Source: Chiloscyllium plagiosum (lineage: Eukaryota). From it: a stretch of 64,000 nt of DNA. The notes under the pieces were generated by a model, which saw nothing but the letters and a program-made list of their open reading frames with translations, did not search any database and was not told the DNA's origin. The position numbers were made by a program, and so were the translations under genes. Location: the NCBI RefSeq assembly GCF_004010195.1, contig NC_057758.1, positions 2,875,340 through 2,939,339 on the forward strand, in the 5' to 3' direction. This document shows positions 50,806-64,000 of the stretch, in pieces; position 1 is the first letter of the stretch, and each line of letters opens with the position of its first letter.

Positions 50806-52475
50806 CCTGTCTCTTTCTTTCCATTACTCTCTGCGTGAAAGAAAATCAATTGGACTTGGTGAAGCATATTTTGCATGCGTGTTGTTCTGAGTTAGTAAGC
50901 CATCACCTGAATGCAACCAATCACAGCCATGATAGTGTGATGCGAAGTTGGATCGAGTATTTGTAGATTGGGAGACTGGAAATTAGAATTTGGTGTTTGT
51001 GAAATTTTAGGGGCGAAAGCACTGCATGGTTATTTTGAAATGTCATGTGTTTTTTTCTGTGGTTAGTGATTGATAATGTATGTGAGCAGCTGCGTGAACG
51101 CTTGCAAGTACTTTCATTTCCTCTATAACACGACGATCATTTCTTGTGCAAAAATGCGTGATTGAAACATCATTCTTTAGAAACAGCACTTGAAGTGCTG
51201 GTGATGTAATCGTGTCACAGCCAACATGTGCTCTTAAATTTCAGACTTTAGAAACAGCATTTCACTAATCTAATGACAGTCAAGTCGTGTCAATGATATG
51301 TGCATAACAAACAGAACAACCCTGCATACAGAGAGCACCCAAAATGAAACATTTGGATCAAAACTTCATACAGTTAGCAGGCCAAGCAACAGTTTCCACC
51401 AGAAAAAAGCTTTTGAATTTTGCTAATCAATAAAAGTCTATTAAACTTAAAAGTCTAAATGCTAATTAATTTTTAAGAGTGAGACTTATTGGAACAGCAT
51501 ACCATAGGATTCTTGTTTTATTCAGGAAGTTAGTAGTTATAAGGGATTTATTCGGTTTGTTAATAGTTCTGTTAATTTGTTCAGTGTCAGAGTTAGAGAA
51601 ATAAATTGTTACTTGTTGATTTTAAACTGAGTGCCAGGATTTATTTTGTTTTATCACTGTAATTTGCTGAAAATCAGCTTACGTCCATTTTACTGATTGT
51701 GTGGTGTCGTGCTCTTCTTTGGATGTTTCAGTTTCAGCTCACAGAGGGGGAGGGGGCAACCTCCACTTTATGAGTGTGTTTAGCAGTGAATTGGAGAATA
51801 CCTCTTGAACTCATAAAAGAGTCTGCAGACTAACTCAAGACTGGAGCTGTAAGATATTCAGTTGACAATGTGGAAAGCAGCACTCTCGGCATTCGTTGTC
51901 CTGATGCTTTTAGGGCCTATTATTTCTGATATATTATTCAATGCTTCCAATATTGCAGGTTAGTGTATTGCTTGCATTGGAACATTATTGTTGGTACGTG
52001 AGAAGACCATTCAGTCTCTCAATTCTTATCTCCCATAATATTTCATCAGCAATTCCTTTTGGTCAGTCAAATTACATCTTTATTTCGACCTAAATCTTGG
52101 TGCTTTCTTATTGGATTGGAATAAATTTCAATTTTGATGTGCAAACATTTTTCCACTGGCTTCCAAGTCTGCCAGTCTTCTGGGCAATAGGCAGTGTCTT
52201 TTCTTATCTTATCTACCCAACATTCCCTTCTGAGTGACCATCTGGGGCATCGTTTCCTTTGCAGGTTTTACGATTTCTCCAAATATGAATCCTTGTACCT
52301 TAATTCAGAATGGGCAGACACATGGAAAGACTGAATCCAAAGTATTGCTGAATTGCTACGGCACAAAATGACGCCATTTGCTCCATTGTTGATACTTCTG
52401 GTTCAGAAGAGGATATGAACTCAGAGCAGGAATAGGCCATTTACCCTCCGAGGCTGTTCCACCGTTCAAAGTGAT

Positions 52476-52690
52476 CCTCCCACAATCAAAAGGTGTGCAG
52501 TTTAGGGTGAATTGGACGGGCGAAATTGCCCATAGTGTCCAGTAATGTGTACGTTAGGTGCTTTAGTCAGGGGTAAATATAGAATAGTAGGGTAGGGGAA
52601 TAGTTCTGGGTGTGTTACTCTGCAGACGGTCGATGTGTATTTGTTGGACCAAATGGGCTGTTTCCACACTGTAGAGATTCTACGAATCCA
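52476..52690 (+). mobile_element. 5'-truncated HE1-like SINE
   Basis: CCTCCCACAATC...GGGCTGTTTCCACACTGTAG. Confidence 0.75.
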
Positions 52691-52779
52691 TATTAAGACA
52701 TTTAAGAGAAATGGGAGCAAGTCAATTTTTGATGGTGAAAAATAAGGAGTCAGGTAATTCAGAATGAGTATTGCCTGAA

Positions 52780-53400
52780 TACGTGGTAATAAGTGGTCAG
52801 CACCCTGCAAGAAGGATATGGTTGCTTTGGAGAGGCTTCTGAAAAAGGTGGATTTTCCTGCTCTGCATGGCCTGCTGTGTTTTTCCAGCACCACATTTTT
52901 CAACAACAGTAAAGGTTTATCAGGATGTTGTCTGGATTGGGGGGTGGGGGGGGGGGCGTTTCAGCTATGAAGAGAAGTTGGATGGACTTCTTCTGTTTTC
53001 ACTGGAACGCAGGAGGTTGAGGGGCTATCTGATTGATGCTGATATCATTGTTGGACAGAGTGCAAAGTGCGAGGCTTTTGCCCCCAAGGTGGAGCGGTCA
53101 ATTGCTAGGGGAGACAGGCTCAAGCTGTGAGGGGGACGTTTCAGAGAGATGTGCAAGTCACTTTTTTCACACAATGAGTGGTGAGTGCCTAGAACGCACT
53201 GCCAGAGGTGGTGGTGGGAGCAGACACAACAGCAGCAATGAAGAAGCACTTGGATAAATGCAATGAATAGGAAGGGAAAAGTGGGATACGAATCCGGTAA
53301 ATTGAACTCGTTTAGTATGGAAGGGCTAAATATACCGGCATAGTTTTGGAGGGTCGAACGGACTGCTCCTGTGGGGTGTTGTTTTTTTTTTTCTCTTTGC
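52780..53400 (+). mobile_element. CR1 3' fragment with a short Penelope-terminus piece (~52845-52905)
   Basis: LFSLERRRLRGYLID and 3' UTR. Confidence 0.75.
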
Positions 53401-54119
53401 TGTTCGAAGAAAGAGAAACTCTCGGTTCCAGAAATACATTTTATCCTTAGTAATGATACAGTTGGATCACAGGTGGGAGGCATGCCTACTCTGACTGAAA
53501 AGCCGTGGAAAATCAGACAACTGTGATGTTACAGGAAGTGTAACCTGGGACCTTTAGTCAGACAGTCATTAAGCACAGAGTCAAGCCCTTTGCTCCATAC
53601 TGGCCCATGTCGACCAGAATGTTCGTTTGTGCTTACCCCATTTCCCTGCACGTGTCCCACATCCTTCTCAAACTTTCCTATCCATCTACTTGTCCAAATG
53701 ACTTTTAAATATTATTCATGTACCTGCCTCAACTACTTCCACTGGCAGCCCATGCCAGCCTCTGTGTAAAAAATGCTCCTCAGCTTCCCTTTTTTTCATT
53801 CCCCTTTACCTTTAAACGAACCCCCTCTGGCCCTTGCCTCCCCGGCTCTGGGAAAAAATTGAGTGCATTCACGCTATTCATGTCTCCCATGAGGTTAAAC
53901 ACTGCTATAACATCCCCCCTGAGTCTCCTACACACTGAAGAAAAATATCCTAGTTTGTTCAACACTTCCCTATAACTCAGAACACTGAGGCCTTGTAACA
54001 TCCTTGTAAATTTCGCCTGCACTCCCTCCAGTTTAATAACGTCCTTCCTATAACAAGGTGACCAAACAGAACATAATACCTAGTTGCGATTCCCTACATT
54101 ATGCATACAGGCAATTCAT

Positions 54120-54408
54120 CCTTAGTCCACACCGACCCTCCGAAGAATAACCCATCCAAACACATTCCCCCACCCTGTATTTACCCGTGACTAACGCACG
54201 TAACACAATGGGCAATATAGCATGGCCAATTCACGTAACCTGCACATCTTTGGATTTTGGGAGGAAGCCGGAGCACCTGGAGGAAAGACATGCAGACACG
54301 GGGAGACTGTGCAAACTCCACACGGACAGTCGCCAGACGTGCGACTGGAACCCGGGTCCCTGGCTTTGTGAGGCAGCAGTGCTAAACAATGAGCCTGCGT
54401 GCCGCCCC
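54120..54408 (-). mobile_element. HE1/V-SINE-like SINE
   Basis: Homologous to 28386-28696. Confidence 0.85.
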
Positions 54409-54596
54409 AACGCTTCACAGTGTGGCCTCAACAATGTCTCTTACAACTGTAACATAACTTCCCAACATCTATACTTAATGCCCCGAGCGTCATGATTGGC
54501 CTACCTGTGACTCCACTTTAAGAACATGAACTCCTAGGTCCTTCTATTCCACTGCACTCCTTAAGGCCCTACCAATCACCATGAAACGCCAAGGAC

Positions 54597-54797
54597 AAAG
54601 TGAGGATTGCAGATGCTGGAGATCAGAGTCGACAATGTGAGGCTTGAAAAGCACAGCAGGTCAGGCAGCATCCTAGCAGTAAATAATAAACGTTTCGGGT
54701 ATAAGCCCTTCCTGATGAAGAGCTTTTGCCTGAAACATCGATTCTCCTGCTCTTCGGATGCTGCCTGACCTGCTGTAATTTTCCAGCACCACACTCT
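54597..54797. mobile_element. Penelope-terminus fold-back element
   Basis: CAGCAGGTCAGGCAGCATCC / GGATGCTGCCTGACCTGCTG; CUGAUGA at 54712; TCACCATGAAAC repeated at 54576 and 54798. Confidence 0.78.
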
Positions 54798-56139
54798 TCA
54801 CCATGAAACTCCTACCTTGATTTGACTTTACAACATATAAGACCTCACATTTGTTTATATTAAACTCCATTTGTCATTTCTTGGCTCACTTCCCCAGCTA
54901 ATCAAGATCCTGCTGCAATTACTGTTAACCTTCCTCATGGTCCACGAAACCAGTGTATTCTGCACACTTCGTAATTATGCCATGTACATTCTCATCCAAA
55001 TCTTAGAGATTACAAACAACAATGGACCCTGCACCAAGCCCTGAGACACTCCACTTTCCACAGCCCTCTCGTCCGAGAAGCATCCTTCCACTATTACCAT
55101 CTTTTTCCTAAAATCAAGCCAATTGTTTATCCAATTTTGCATTCTCTCTGGATTCCTTGCGATCTAACCTTCCAAAGCAGCATACCATGTGCGATCTGAT
55201 GAAATGCCTGACTGAAAGCCACACAGATCTACCCTCCTCAACCTTCATGGTCACTTCATCAAATAACTCTAACAACTTTGTGAGGCATGATCTCCCACTC
55301 ACAAATTCCACTTCATCTCAGCCCTTAAAGCATTAGCAATCCGAGCGGATGCTGGGAAAATTAAACTTCCCTACAACTACAATCCTATTGTTCCTGCAAT
55401 TCTCCTCACTCTCCCTGCATATTTGTTGCTCTAATTCCCATTGACTGTATAATACAACGCCAACAATGTCACCATCCTCTTGCTTCTTGCTCAACCAATA
55501 AAGCCTCACCGGATGATCGTCCAGCTGTTTCGACTACTGCTGTGATACTCGCCTTAAAGAAAAATGTAACTACTCTTCCCATTCCCACCAGGTCTGTCCG
55601 ACCATAAGCACCTGTACCTTGGCACATTTATCCAGTGCTGTCCATCCCTTCACCATGATTCTGCAACGTCGATAATATCCCAGTCTCACCCTAATGATCC
55701 ACACCCTGAGTTCAACTGCTTTACCTGTCAGTCCTCTTGCACTGAAATAAATGCAATTGTAGCCAACAGGCATTCCATGTTTCCTGTCGTGTTCCAGCCA
55801 GGACCTGTCTGTTCAACCTGCTATTTATGATTATTGTATCTCCTTCCAGCCTTGCACTTGCATCCCTGCTGTTGAGGATATCGAATGATCAAAAAATCTG
55901 TATGAATATCCCCTGCACGGATTCCGTAGCCATACATTTATCTGCCATACGCTCCTGTTCTTAATCTCACGAGCACATGACACGGGAAATAATCTGGAGA
56001 TTATCAGCAAAGAGGATGTGCAAGGGCAGCGAGAGAGAGAGAGAGAGAGAGCGAGACAAAGGAAGAAGCGGGCAGCGAGAGCGGGAGAGCGAAAAGAACG
56101 CAACTGGATCAGGACAGCGAAAAGACTACAGCAAGAAGG

Positions 56140-56500
56140 GGAGAGCGAAAAGAGGGCTGGAGGAGTCATAACAAGGAAAGAACCCTCTGGCCTCCCCTTC
56201 CACCCCACCAACCACGAGATTCACCGCATCACCCTCCACCATATTTGTCACTTCCAAACAGGACACAACACCAGAGACATATTTCCTTCCCCAGACTACC
56301 TTGTCACGTCCAGACCCCTACCAAACCAACTTCCTCTCCAGACACCTTCCCTGACCATCGCAAGAAGTGCAAAACTTGCGCCCATACCTCCACATTCACC
56401 TCATTTTAAACCCCAAAGGATCCTTGCACATCGGACAGAAATTAACCTACACGTCCACTCACGTCATCTACTGCAGCCATTGCACAGAATGTGTCCTTTA
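56140..56500 (+). mobile_element. Penelope-like linker/GIY-YIG fragment
   Basis: FHPTNHEIHRITLHH...TRDIFPSP, then KKCKTCAHT and HVIYCSHCTEC across frameshifts. Confidence 0.7.
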
Positions 56501-57089
56501 GCTGTTTAAATTTCCATCTCTTGTTACAAGTGAAAGTTTAGCAACGATTTTCGATCAGATATATTTGTACAAAAACACTCTCTGCCTAAATGCAGCATGA
56601 CGCAAATAAAATCAGGCTTGTACACACAAATAGCAACGTAAATAGTGTCTCTCAGGTTTCAGTAAAGTTGTAATTGTAACAAAATGAAATCAAAACACTA
56701 CCCACCATCCCGACCTTGATGTTCAATGACGTTCCCATTGCTGAAATGTGGAAAAGTTGCATCCTGGATTGGACCATTCATTTCTCACTGAATCTGAATT
56801 ACGTCTTATAACCTGGTGAAACATCAGCAGGTCAGAAGCTGGGAATTCCATAGCATCCACACTTAATGCTGCCGAGGTGACAGCAGGCCGTTTGATTAAT
56901 CAGATGTCTACCATTTGAGCAAGAACTCCATTCTCCATCCCCTTTTGGGGAAGCAGTGTGCACCATGTAAAGAATCAGTTTCAGAGCGATGGAAACTGCA
57001 CTGTTGATGTATACGTGAGTTGTTTCTTTCGGTGACAATATGATTTGAAAAATGTGAGGCTTCATAAATTTCAGAGCCTATAAATACTT

Positions 57090-57400
57090 TGGGTCTTCTC
57101 GCTGCTCGATATATTTAACAATTCAATTAAAGGACAGTTCAACACATTCTTCAATTGCTCTCTGAAATTAGTCTCGGTCACGTCAGAACGGCAAATGTTT
57201 TATTTTTGATTTTTGTAGCAACTCAGCAGCTGCAGCATGAAGCCTATTTCACGTGCAAATTCTGGCAACCATAGGGGACTTCGACCAAAGTAATGCATGT
57301 ATATCCATATAGAAAAAAACATCAGCTTTGTCCATATTAAGACAAAATTCTCCGCGTTCACAGACTGGAAAACGATTGATTTACTTCCATTATTCACGTT
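57090..57400 (-). pseudogene. GPR139-like pseudogene fragment (TM6-TM7-helix 8 only)
   Basis: SKSIVFQSVNAENFVLIWTKLMFFSIW...EIGFMLQLLSC, then after a frameshift VTETNFREQLKNVLNCP, matching EIGYICQLTSHC...KFRDQLKNVLKYP of the intact gene. Confidence 0.8.
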
Positions 57401-57991
57401 CATCTCCTTCGTCTCAAATCGCAGAGACAACATCACGAGGGATCGAACAAAATTGTCCTAAGACTCAAAAGACATGCTTTACATCACGAAATAATTGACT
57501 AATCTGAGAGATGCACAGGAATTTTTGTAGGAAAAAACTTTTGCTTTTGCAGTTACGTGGAAGGTCAGCAGAGATTTGCATTGGATCAGTTTTAACACAA
57601 GAGGAACAAAGAGAGAAAGAGAGAGTAAGGGAGACTATCAGCCTCAGATACATGACTTTATTAAAGTCATTCATTCAAAACGTTTCCGTCGCTCTCTCTC
57701 TCTCTTGGTCAAACACACACACATGCATACACACTCACACGCATGCATCCATGCACACATACAAAGAAGCAGACACACAGATATTGGGTCGGAGCAGATC
57801 ATCTATGAAGTGAGTCTGGCTGCCTAGCCTGCTGCGCTTTTCCAGCATCACACATTTCAACTGATGGATCTCTTTGTCAGTTTGCGATTCGATGAATGCG
57901 TGGGTCTCCCTGAGGTTTCAGGAATCACATGGGACCCAATCTCTACAAAATAATGAGTCTTCTGGAACTTTTATAGGACACAAGAAAGCCA

Positions 57992-58025
<34 letters not shown>

Positions 58026-58459
58026 CCAGTTTTCTTTTAAAATCTCCTATGGAAGCCACCTCCACCACTCTCCCAGGGAGTGCACTCCAATCCTGATAAC
58101 TCTCTGAGTAATAACTCTGAATGGGATAACATGAGGGGAGTATCGGACCAGAGTAACCTGAGGAGCTTTTTTCGCAAATCCGAACAAATGTCTGACTGAA
58201 GACCTTTCTCCTCATCTCATTCCTAGCTCATTGGCTGACAATCTTGAAATTATCATCCCACTTATTTACCAAACAATAAGTGGAGACAAAATATTCTTTT
58301 TTTACTCTGTCAAAAATGTTCACAATTTTGAACACCTGAATGAAGTTACCTCTTTTTGGCACCAAGTACAACAAACCAAGTTTCTCTAATCGTTTTTGTC
58401 TAAAATCCCGCATGAATGACCGTTGGTGCACACTTTTGCTACTGCACGTCGGTGGTAGA

Positions 58460-61400
58460 CGGTTGGGTAGGGATGTCTCAGATCGGCTGCAGAGCATTCT
58501 GAAGAGGGAGGGCGAACAGCCAGTTGTCGTGGTGCACAAATGCACCAATGATATAGGTAATAAAAGGGATGCAGTTCTCCTAGCAGAATTTAGGGAATTA
58601 GGACCACATTGCAATGTAGGATGTTGACGCATTCATTCAACATTAGGATTGCTACCAGTGTCACGTGCTAGACACAGTAGAAATTAAAGAATAGGCGTGG
58701 CTTGGTAGATGGTGCAGGAGGGAGGTGTTTTGATTTTCAGGACATCGGGACCGTTGTATATAAGGTGGGACGATTACAAATTGGATAGTCTGCACCTGGG
58801 CAGGACTGGAAACAATGTCCTACGGGGTGCTTTTGCTAACGTTGTTAGGGAGGTTTAAACGAACGTGGCAGAGGGGTGAGAACCAAATGAGGAGGTTAGT
58901 GGAGCGCAACCCGGTATTAACTAAAGATTGTTCGGAACAGGATAATGAAATTAACGTGACTGAGGGGAAGAGTAGACAGGGGGCAGGTGATGAACGCAAA
59001 TGGATAGGTGGTCTGAGGGGCACGTTTTCTAAAAGTGAGAAGTGCAGTTGGTGAGGCAGATGAATATGGGCATGAATTATTACCTGGGAGTATGATGTTA
59101 TTATTAGTACCGAGTTTTGGTTGATGGAAGATTTGCAAATAAAATTCCCAGGATACAGATGGTTCAGTCTGGATAAAGTGTGAGGTAAAAGAGGTGGAGA
59201 ATTTGCACGACTGGTCAGCAAGGACTATGGAGGGCACGAGCATTGAGACAACATGGGCAGCATTTACGAATAGGAAATAGGAAAAGGGTGTTTAAAATGT
59301 TGCGGCTCACCTACAAGTCTTCCAAAAATGAGTGTCAGATCGAGGTACATATGTATTGGCAGATTATGGAAGTGTGTCGGAGCAACAAGATGGTGGTGAT
59401 AGAAGATTTTAATTTTCCCAACATTTACTTGGATTCACTTAGTGTTAGAGTTCTCATTGGAAGTAGCATCCAAGAGAGTACATAATTAGTCCAGGAGGGT
59501 ATATACATCGTCCGACTCGGGAAGCGGCCATTCTCGATGTGTTGCTGGGGAAGGAAGTGAATAGGTGTTTGAAGTTTCAGTTGGACATAATTTTGGTAAT
59601 AGGGATCACATTTACATAAGTTTCAGAATATTCTTGGACAAAGCCGAATTTAGGACTAAAGTAAGAGTGCTAAATTGGGGGAAGGCAAACTCTAGAAAAA
59701 TGTGGCAGGAGCTTTGGATTGAGGATTGGGAGCGCCTGTTTGAAACCAAATCCTGATTTGATATGTGGGAAGCCTTTAAAGATAGATTTATTGGGGAAAG
59801 GATAGACAAGCTCTGAGGAAATGTGGGATAGCACTGGTAAAATCAGGGAGCCAGGGACGCCAGGTGAGAATAACTAAGAGGAAAAAGGAAGCTTAAATAA
59901 GGTCTAGGCGACTGAAAACAGCCGAAGCTTTGGAAGAATATCCAGAAAGTAGGAGCAATCTGAAATGAGGCAAAAAACGGTCTAAAATGGGTCGTAAAAT
60001 ATCTTTAGTGACCAGGGTTAAGGAAAATCCCAAAGCTCTTTATTGATATGTAAGAAGGAAGAGGGCAACTCCACTCAGGATTTGCCCAGTCAAGGACAAA
60101 GGACGTAAGTTATGCGTGGAGTCAGAGAAAATGGGTGAGATTTTTAATGACTACGTTGACTCGGTATTCATCGAGGAGAAGGATATGACAGTGTCGAGGT
60201 TAGAGAGAGATGTTGATACTCTAGTTCAAGTCTGCCAAAGGAAGGAGGACGTGTTGGAAGTTTCGAAAGGCATTAAGGTGTCGAGTCCCCAAGTATGGAC
60301 GGGTTCTGTCCCAGGATACTGAAGGAAGCGAGAGAGAAAATAGCTGGAGCCTTTAAAAATGTATTTTCAGCACATTTGAGCACGGGTGAAGCCCTGGATT
60401 ACTGGAGAATTGCTAATGTTGTCCCCTTGTTTAAGAAGGGTGGCTGGGATGATCCAGGACATTATTGACTGGTTAGCCTATGTTCGTGGTAGCGAAGCTG
60501 CTGGAAAAGATACCGAAGAATGGGATTCATTTACTTCTGTAAGAAAATGCCTTATTAGTGATCGGAAATATGATTTTGTGTCGGGAAAGGTCATGTCTTA
60601 ACAACTTAATAGAATTATTCGAGGAAGTGACAAAGTTCATTGATGAGTGAAGTGCTGTAGTTGGTGTTCAGTAAGGCTTTTAATACTGTTCCGCATGGTA
60701 GGCTGATCGCGTAAGTGAAGTCACATGAGGCCCAGTGCGTACGAGTCATATGGATCGAGATCTGGCTGTGCAGCAGAGGACAGAGCATAGTTGTGGAAGG
60801 TAGCTTCTCAAAACGGAGAAGTGTGAGCAGTGGTTTTCCACAGCGATCTGTGTTGGGACCACTCTTGTCTGTGATTTACAGAAATGATTAGAGGAAGGTG
60901 TAGATAATATGATTAACAAGTTTGCAGATGGCAACTTTTTTTTGTATTCGTAGATAGTGAAGGGGACGATTAGAGAATGCATCAGAACATAGGTAGATTG
61001 GAGAGTTGGGCAGAGAAATGTCAGATGCAGTTCAATAGGGGCAAAAGCGAGGTGATGTAATTTTGAACTTCCAAATCAAGAGTGAATTATACAGTAAATG
61101 GAAAAGCCCTGGGAAAAAATGATATCCAGAGAGATCTGCGTGTTGACGTCCATTGTCCTGTGAAGGTCACAACATTGTCGATAGATTGTTCAAGAAGACA
61201 CACGGCATGCTTTCCTTCATCGGACGGGGTATTGACTATAGGCTTGGCTGGTCATCTTCTAGCTCCCTCGGAGTTTCGTTCGGCCAAAATTGGAATAGTG
61301 TGTACAGTTATGTTCGCCACATGATGTAGATGTTTTGGAGAGGTGCAGAGGAGGTTCACCAGGATGTTGTCTGGTATGGAGGGTGCGAGCAATGAAGAGA

Positions 61401-61812
61401 GTTTGAGTTTTCATTGGATAGAAGGACGTTGAGGAGGGACCTGATTAAGTTCTACAAAATCAGGAGAGGTAGAGACAGGGTGAATAGCAAGTGGTGTTTC
61501 CGAGAGTGGGATTTCAACTGTTAGGTATCACGAGTTCAAGGTGACAGGGAACATTTCAGGGAGATATACGTGGAAATTTCTTTATGCAGAGGGTAGTGGG
61601 TGCCTGGAACGAGTTGCCAGTGGAGGTGGTAGAGGTCGGCACGATAGCGTTATTTCAGATATATTTAGACAGATATATGAATGAGCTGGGAGCAGAGTGG
61701 TACAGATCCTAAGAAAATAGGCAGCATGTTTAGATCGAGGATCTGGAGCAGAGCGAGCTTTGGAGGACTGAAGGGTATTTTCGTGTGATGTAATTCTCTT
61801 TTGTTCTTTGAC
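58460..61812 (+). mobile_element. Decayed CR1 LINE (paralogue of 20130-23955)
   Basis: RDVSDRLQSILKREGEQPVVVVHKCTNDIG, VVIEDFNFPNI, RT remnants and TTCTTTG tail. Confidence 0.88.
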
Positions 61813-64000
61813 AAATGGTCAGTATGAATGACTTTAACGAAAAGGTCTGTTTCTCTGCTATCCATCTTTATGAATCGAATGACTTTGACGAAGGGGTCTG
61901 TTTCTCTGCTATACATCTCTATGAATCCTTGTCTCTAAAATTCTACGGAGTCGCGTGATTTACGTCTTCAGGTGCACGAGTTCCAAATAGTAACTGTGTA
62001 AACACAGAACATGATGAAGGAGACTAATCCGGTGCTGGCTTTTAAGACAAGATAGACTGAACCTAAATGTGATCTTTCCGTTATACATGGGGTTGGGGTT
62101 TCCTCAGCTGAAATATTGTGTGCGGTTCTGGGCTCCTTATTGAAAGATGGATGTAAATTTGTTGGAACTGGTGAAAAAGGCCGTTTCATGGATTGATTCC
62201 CTGGAATGACCGTTTTGTTTGACGATATAAGGTTGGAGTGATTGTGCTTGCTCCCTCTGGTGTTTTGAGGAGTGAAGGGGAGTGGGGGAAAGGTTGTGTA
62301 CTACCTCAAACTGAACCTTCCTTTGCAATGTGTCTGAGATACTCGCAATGACCTGCTGTTAAATAAACGGCCCCAATCCCTTCTCTGTGTGGTACATCCT
62401 TTCTCTCTCTCTCACCCCGCACCCTCCCACAAACACTACAACATTTACCTTCATCAGTTCCTGGACACCTTGTAACTAGGAAAGTGAGGCACCCAGCCAT
62501 GGTCTAACTGAAACCCCGAATTTGGAGCACACACGACATTATTTTTGCTTTCCATCGGGACAGGTGGAATGAAAATCTGCCACTGTATCCTACCAACACT
62601 GTTTGCCATACACTTTAAATGCACGTACAGCTTTCTTACGTATCATTTCAATCCTATTGCCTCTCTTACCCGTAACTATTAGTGGTCAGTATCTTTCAAT
62701 TTTTTGAGATGAGGTTACCGCCCCTGAAATCATTCAGTGCGTCTTGTTGTTGATCTCCAAATGTTCACTCTGGGTCCATGCTTTTGACCAGTTGGTGAAA
62801 ACCTGCCCACTGATAGGATCACATAAGCCGCACTGTATTTTGTCAAAGTGTATCTACTGGACAGTGTCCAGGTCACACCAGTGATATTGTTCCTTCACTC
62901 GAAAGCACTCCATCTTGCTGTTGTGTTCGAGCCACATTTTTTGTTTTCTTTACTATTCTTCCTTCAATTGTGAGACTCATCAATCCTCCCTGCTACATTC
63001 TGATAGATATGTAACAGATTCATCAGTATCAAACCATGACAGATCTGGCTCAGACCAAAGAGCATTAATTTAAGATGAAGGAGCAAGTGGTTTCTAGGAG
63101 ATCTGAGATGTTCTCTTCAACCGGGCATGTAGACAGTGGTGGATGCAGTTACTCTCACAAAACTTTAACACAATGTCTGGACGAGCACTTGACATATTGG
63201 GGCTTAACAGGCTCTGACTTCATGTTTAGTGCAAATTGAAAGAATATATTGGTATTACAGTAATATGGTCCTGTCCATCTCTATACGCTATTTCTGTAAT
63301 CAGCTCTCAATCAAATCAAACAAAAAAGCTCAGCATTATAAATTGAAAGACTTTGCTGTTTGCATGTTTGTTTTTTGTGAAGTCCTATTTTCAGGATTTC
63401 TCAATGGGAAAGCAAATGTTTTGTGATCTTGTGAGGACAAGTCGTGTTACTATAAGAGAGGTCACCAGAACTTATTTATTCAGAGACGACAAGTAAGGTC
63501 AGTCTCCAGGAGTCCTCGTTGTATCACTGGAGAGTTACTGTGTTCTCGTCATAAAGGCGACATTCCAAAGTATCATCTCATGGTATCAAAGAGAGCCATG
63601 AGCTGTGGCATGCAGGCGGATCAGTATCGGAAAAAAAGAGGGAGAGGAGTGATCAAAATCGGGGAAGGACACACTAGACTATTACAGCAATGGAACCGAA
63701 CTTGGAGATAGCGGACTGGAATTTCACAAAGATGGACAGAAGATTCCATTCGCAAATTAGCATTGGATGACAGTCTAATATCGAACACGATACGTTCTTC
63801 TGCTGCTTCAGCTCATTCCTTGCTTTTGTTGGTGTCTTAGATAAGTGTGTCGATACAGTAAACTTCGTTCACGAACTGGAAGTGAGGGGTCTATCAAATG
63901 AAGAGAGATCGATCAGTTTAGATGTTTCTTCTGCCTGTTATGGTCTGAGCTGACTGCGGAGATCCTGTGTGATGGACAGAGACACTCGCAACAGGTTTTC
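58470..64000 (+). repeat. Segmental duplication copy B (runs off the window end)
   Basis: Examples: 61960-62290 ~ 24060-24390; 62440-62830 ~ 25070-25470; 62860-64000 ~ 26250-27530. Confidence 0.85.
63690..63840 (+). pseudogene. Disabled paralogous exon 1 of a second GPR139-like gene copy
   Basis: MEPNLEIADWNFTKMDRRFHSQI aligns to 27184+. A 19-nt deletion gives TGA at 63768-63770, there is a further ~11-nt deletion, and the donor GTAAG is mutated to ATAAG at 63841. Confidence 0.85.

Larger units (their letters stand above)
53570..55800 (-). mobile_element. Fragmented CR1 LINE interrupted by a SINE and a fold-back element
   Basis: LGYFSSVCRRLRGDVI, MEFNINKCEVL, SGRSCLTKLLELFDEVT, CIYFSARGLTGKAVEL. 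Confidence 0.8.

Noticed and set aside
51200..51790. Possible LTR remnant
   Set aside because: LTR-like composition, but no clear termini, TSD or second copy in the window.

Overview
Eukaryotic, transposon-dense vertebrate DNA. The SINE and LINE families point to an elasmobranch (shark); this is inferred, not proven. One intact protein-coding gene is visible: a two-exon class A GPCR of the GPR139/GPR142-like group, CDS join(27184..27364,33946..34853), 362 aa, + strand. Three decayed paralogous pieces surround it (6780-7750 minus, 57090-57400 minus, 63690-63840 plus), and ~20.6-27.5 kb is segmentally duplicated at ~58.5-64 kb, consistent with a birth-and-death receptor cluster. Most of the rest is CR1 LINE fragments, tRNA-derived HE1/V-SINE-like SINEs, Penelope-like elements and Gypsy LTR remnants, including a solo LTR with a TSD. 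The less obvious signals are minimal hammerhead ribozyme motifs in Penelope termini, fold-back hairpin elements built from those termini (one forms an 89-bp stem just upstream of the GPCR splice acceptor), and a probable decayed endogenous retrovirus (~35.1-44.6 kb) with a tRNA-His primer-binding site. Most entries in the ORF track are TE debris or noise. Boundaries of old repeats are approximate, and identities are estimated by eye.
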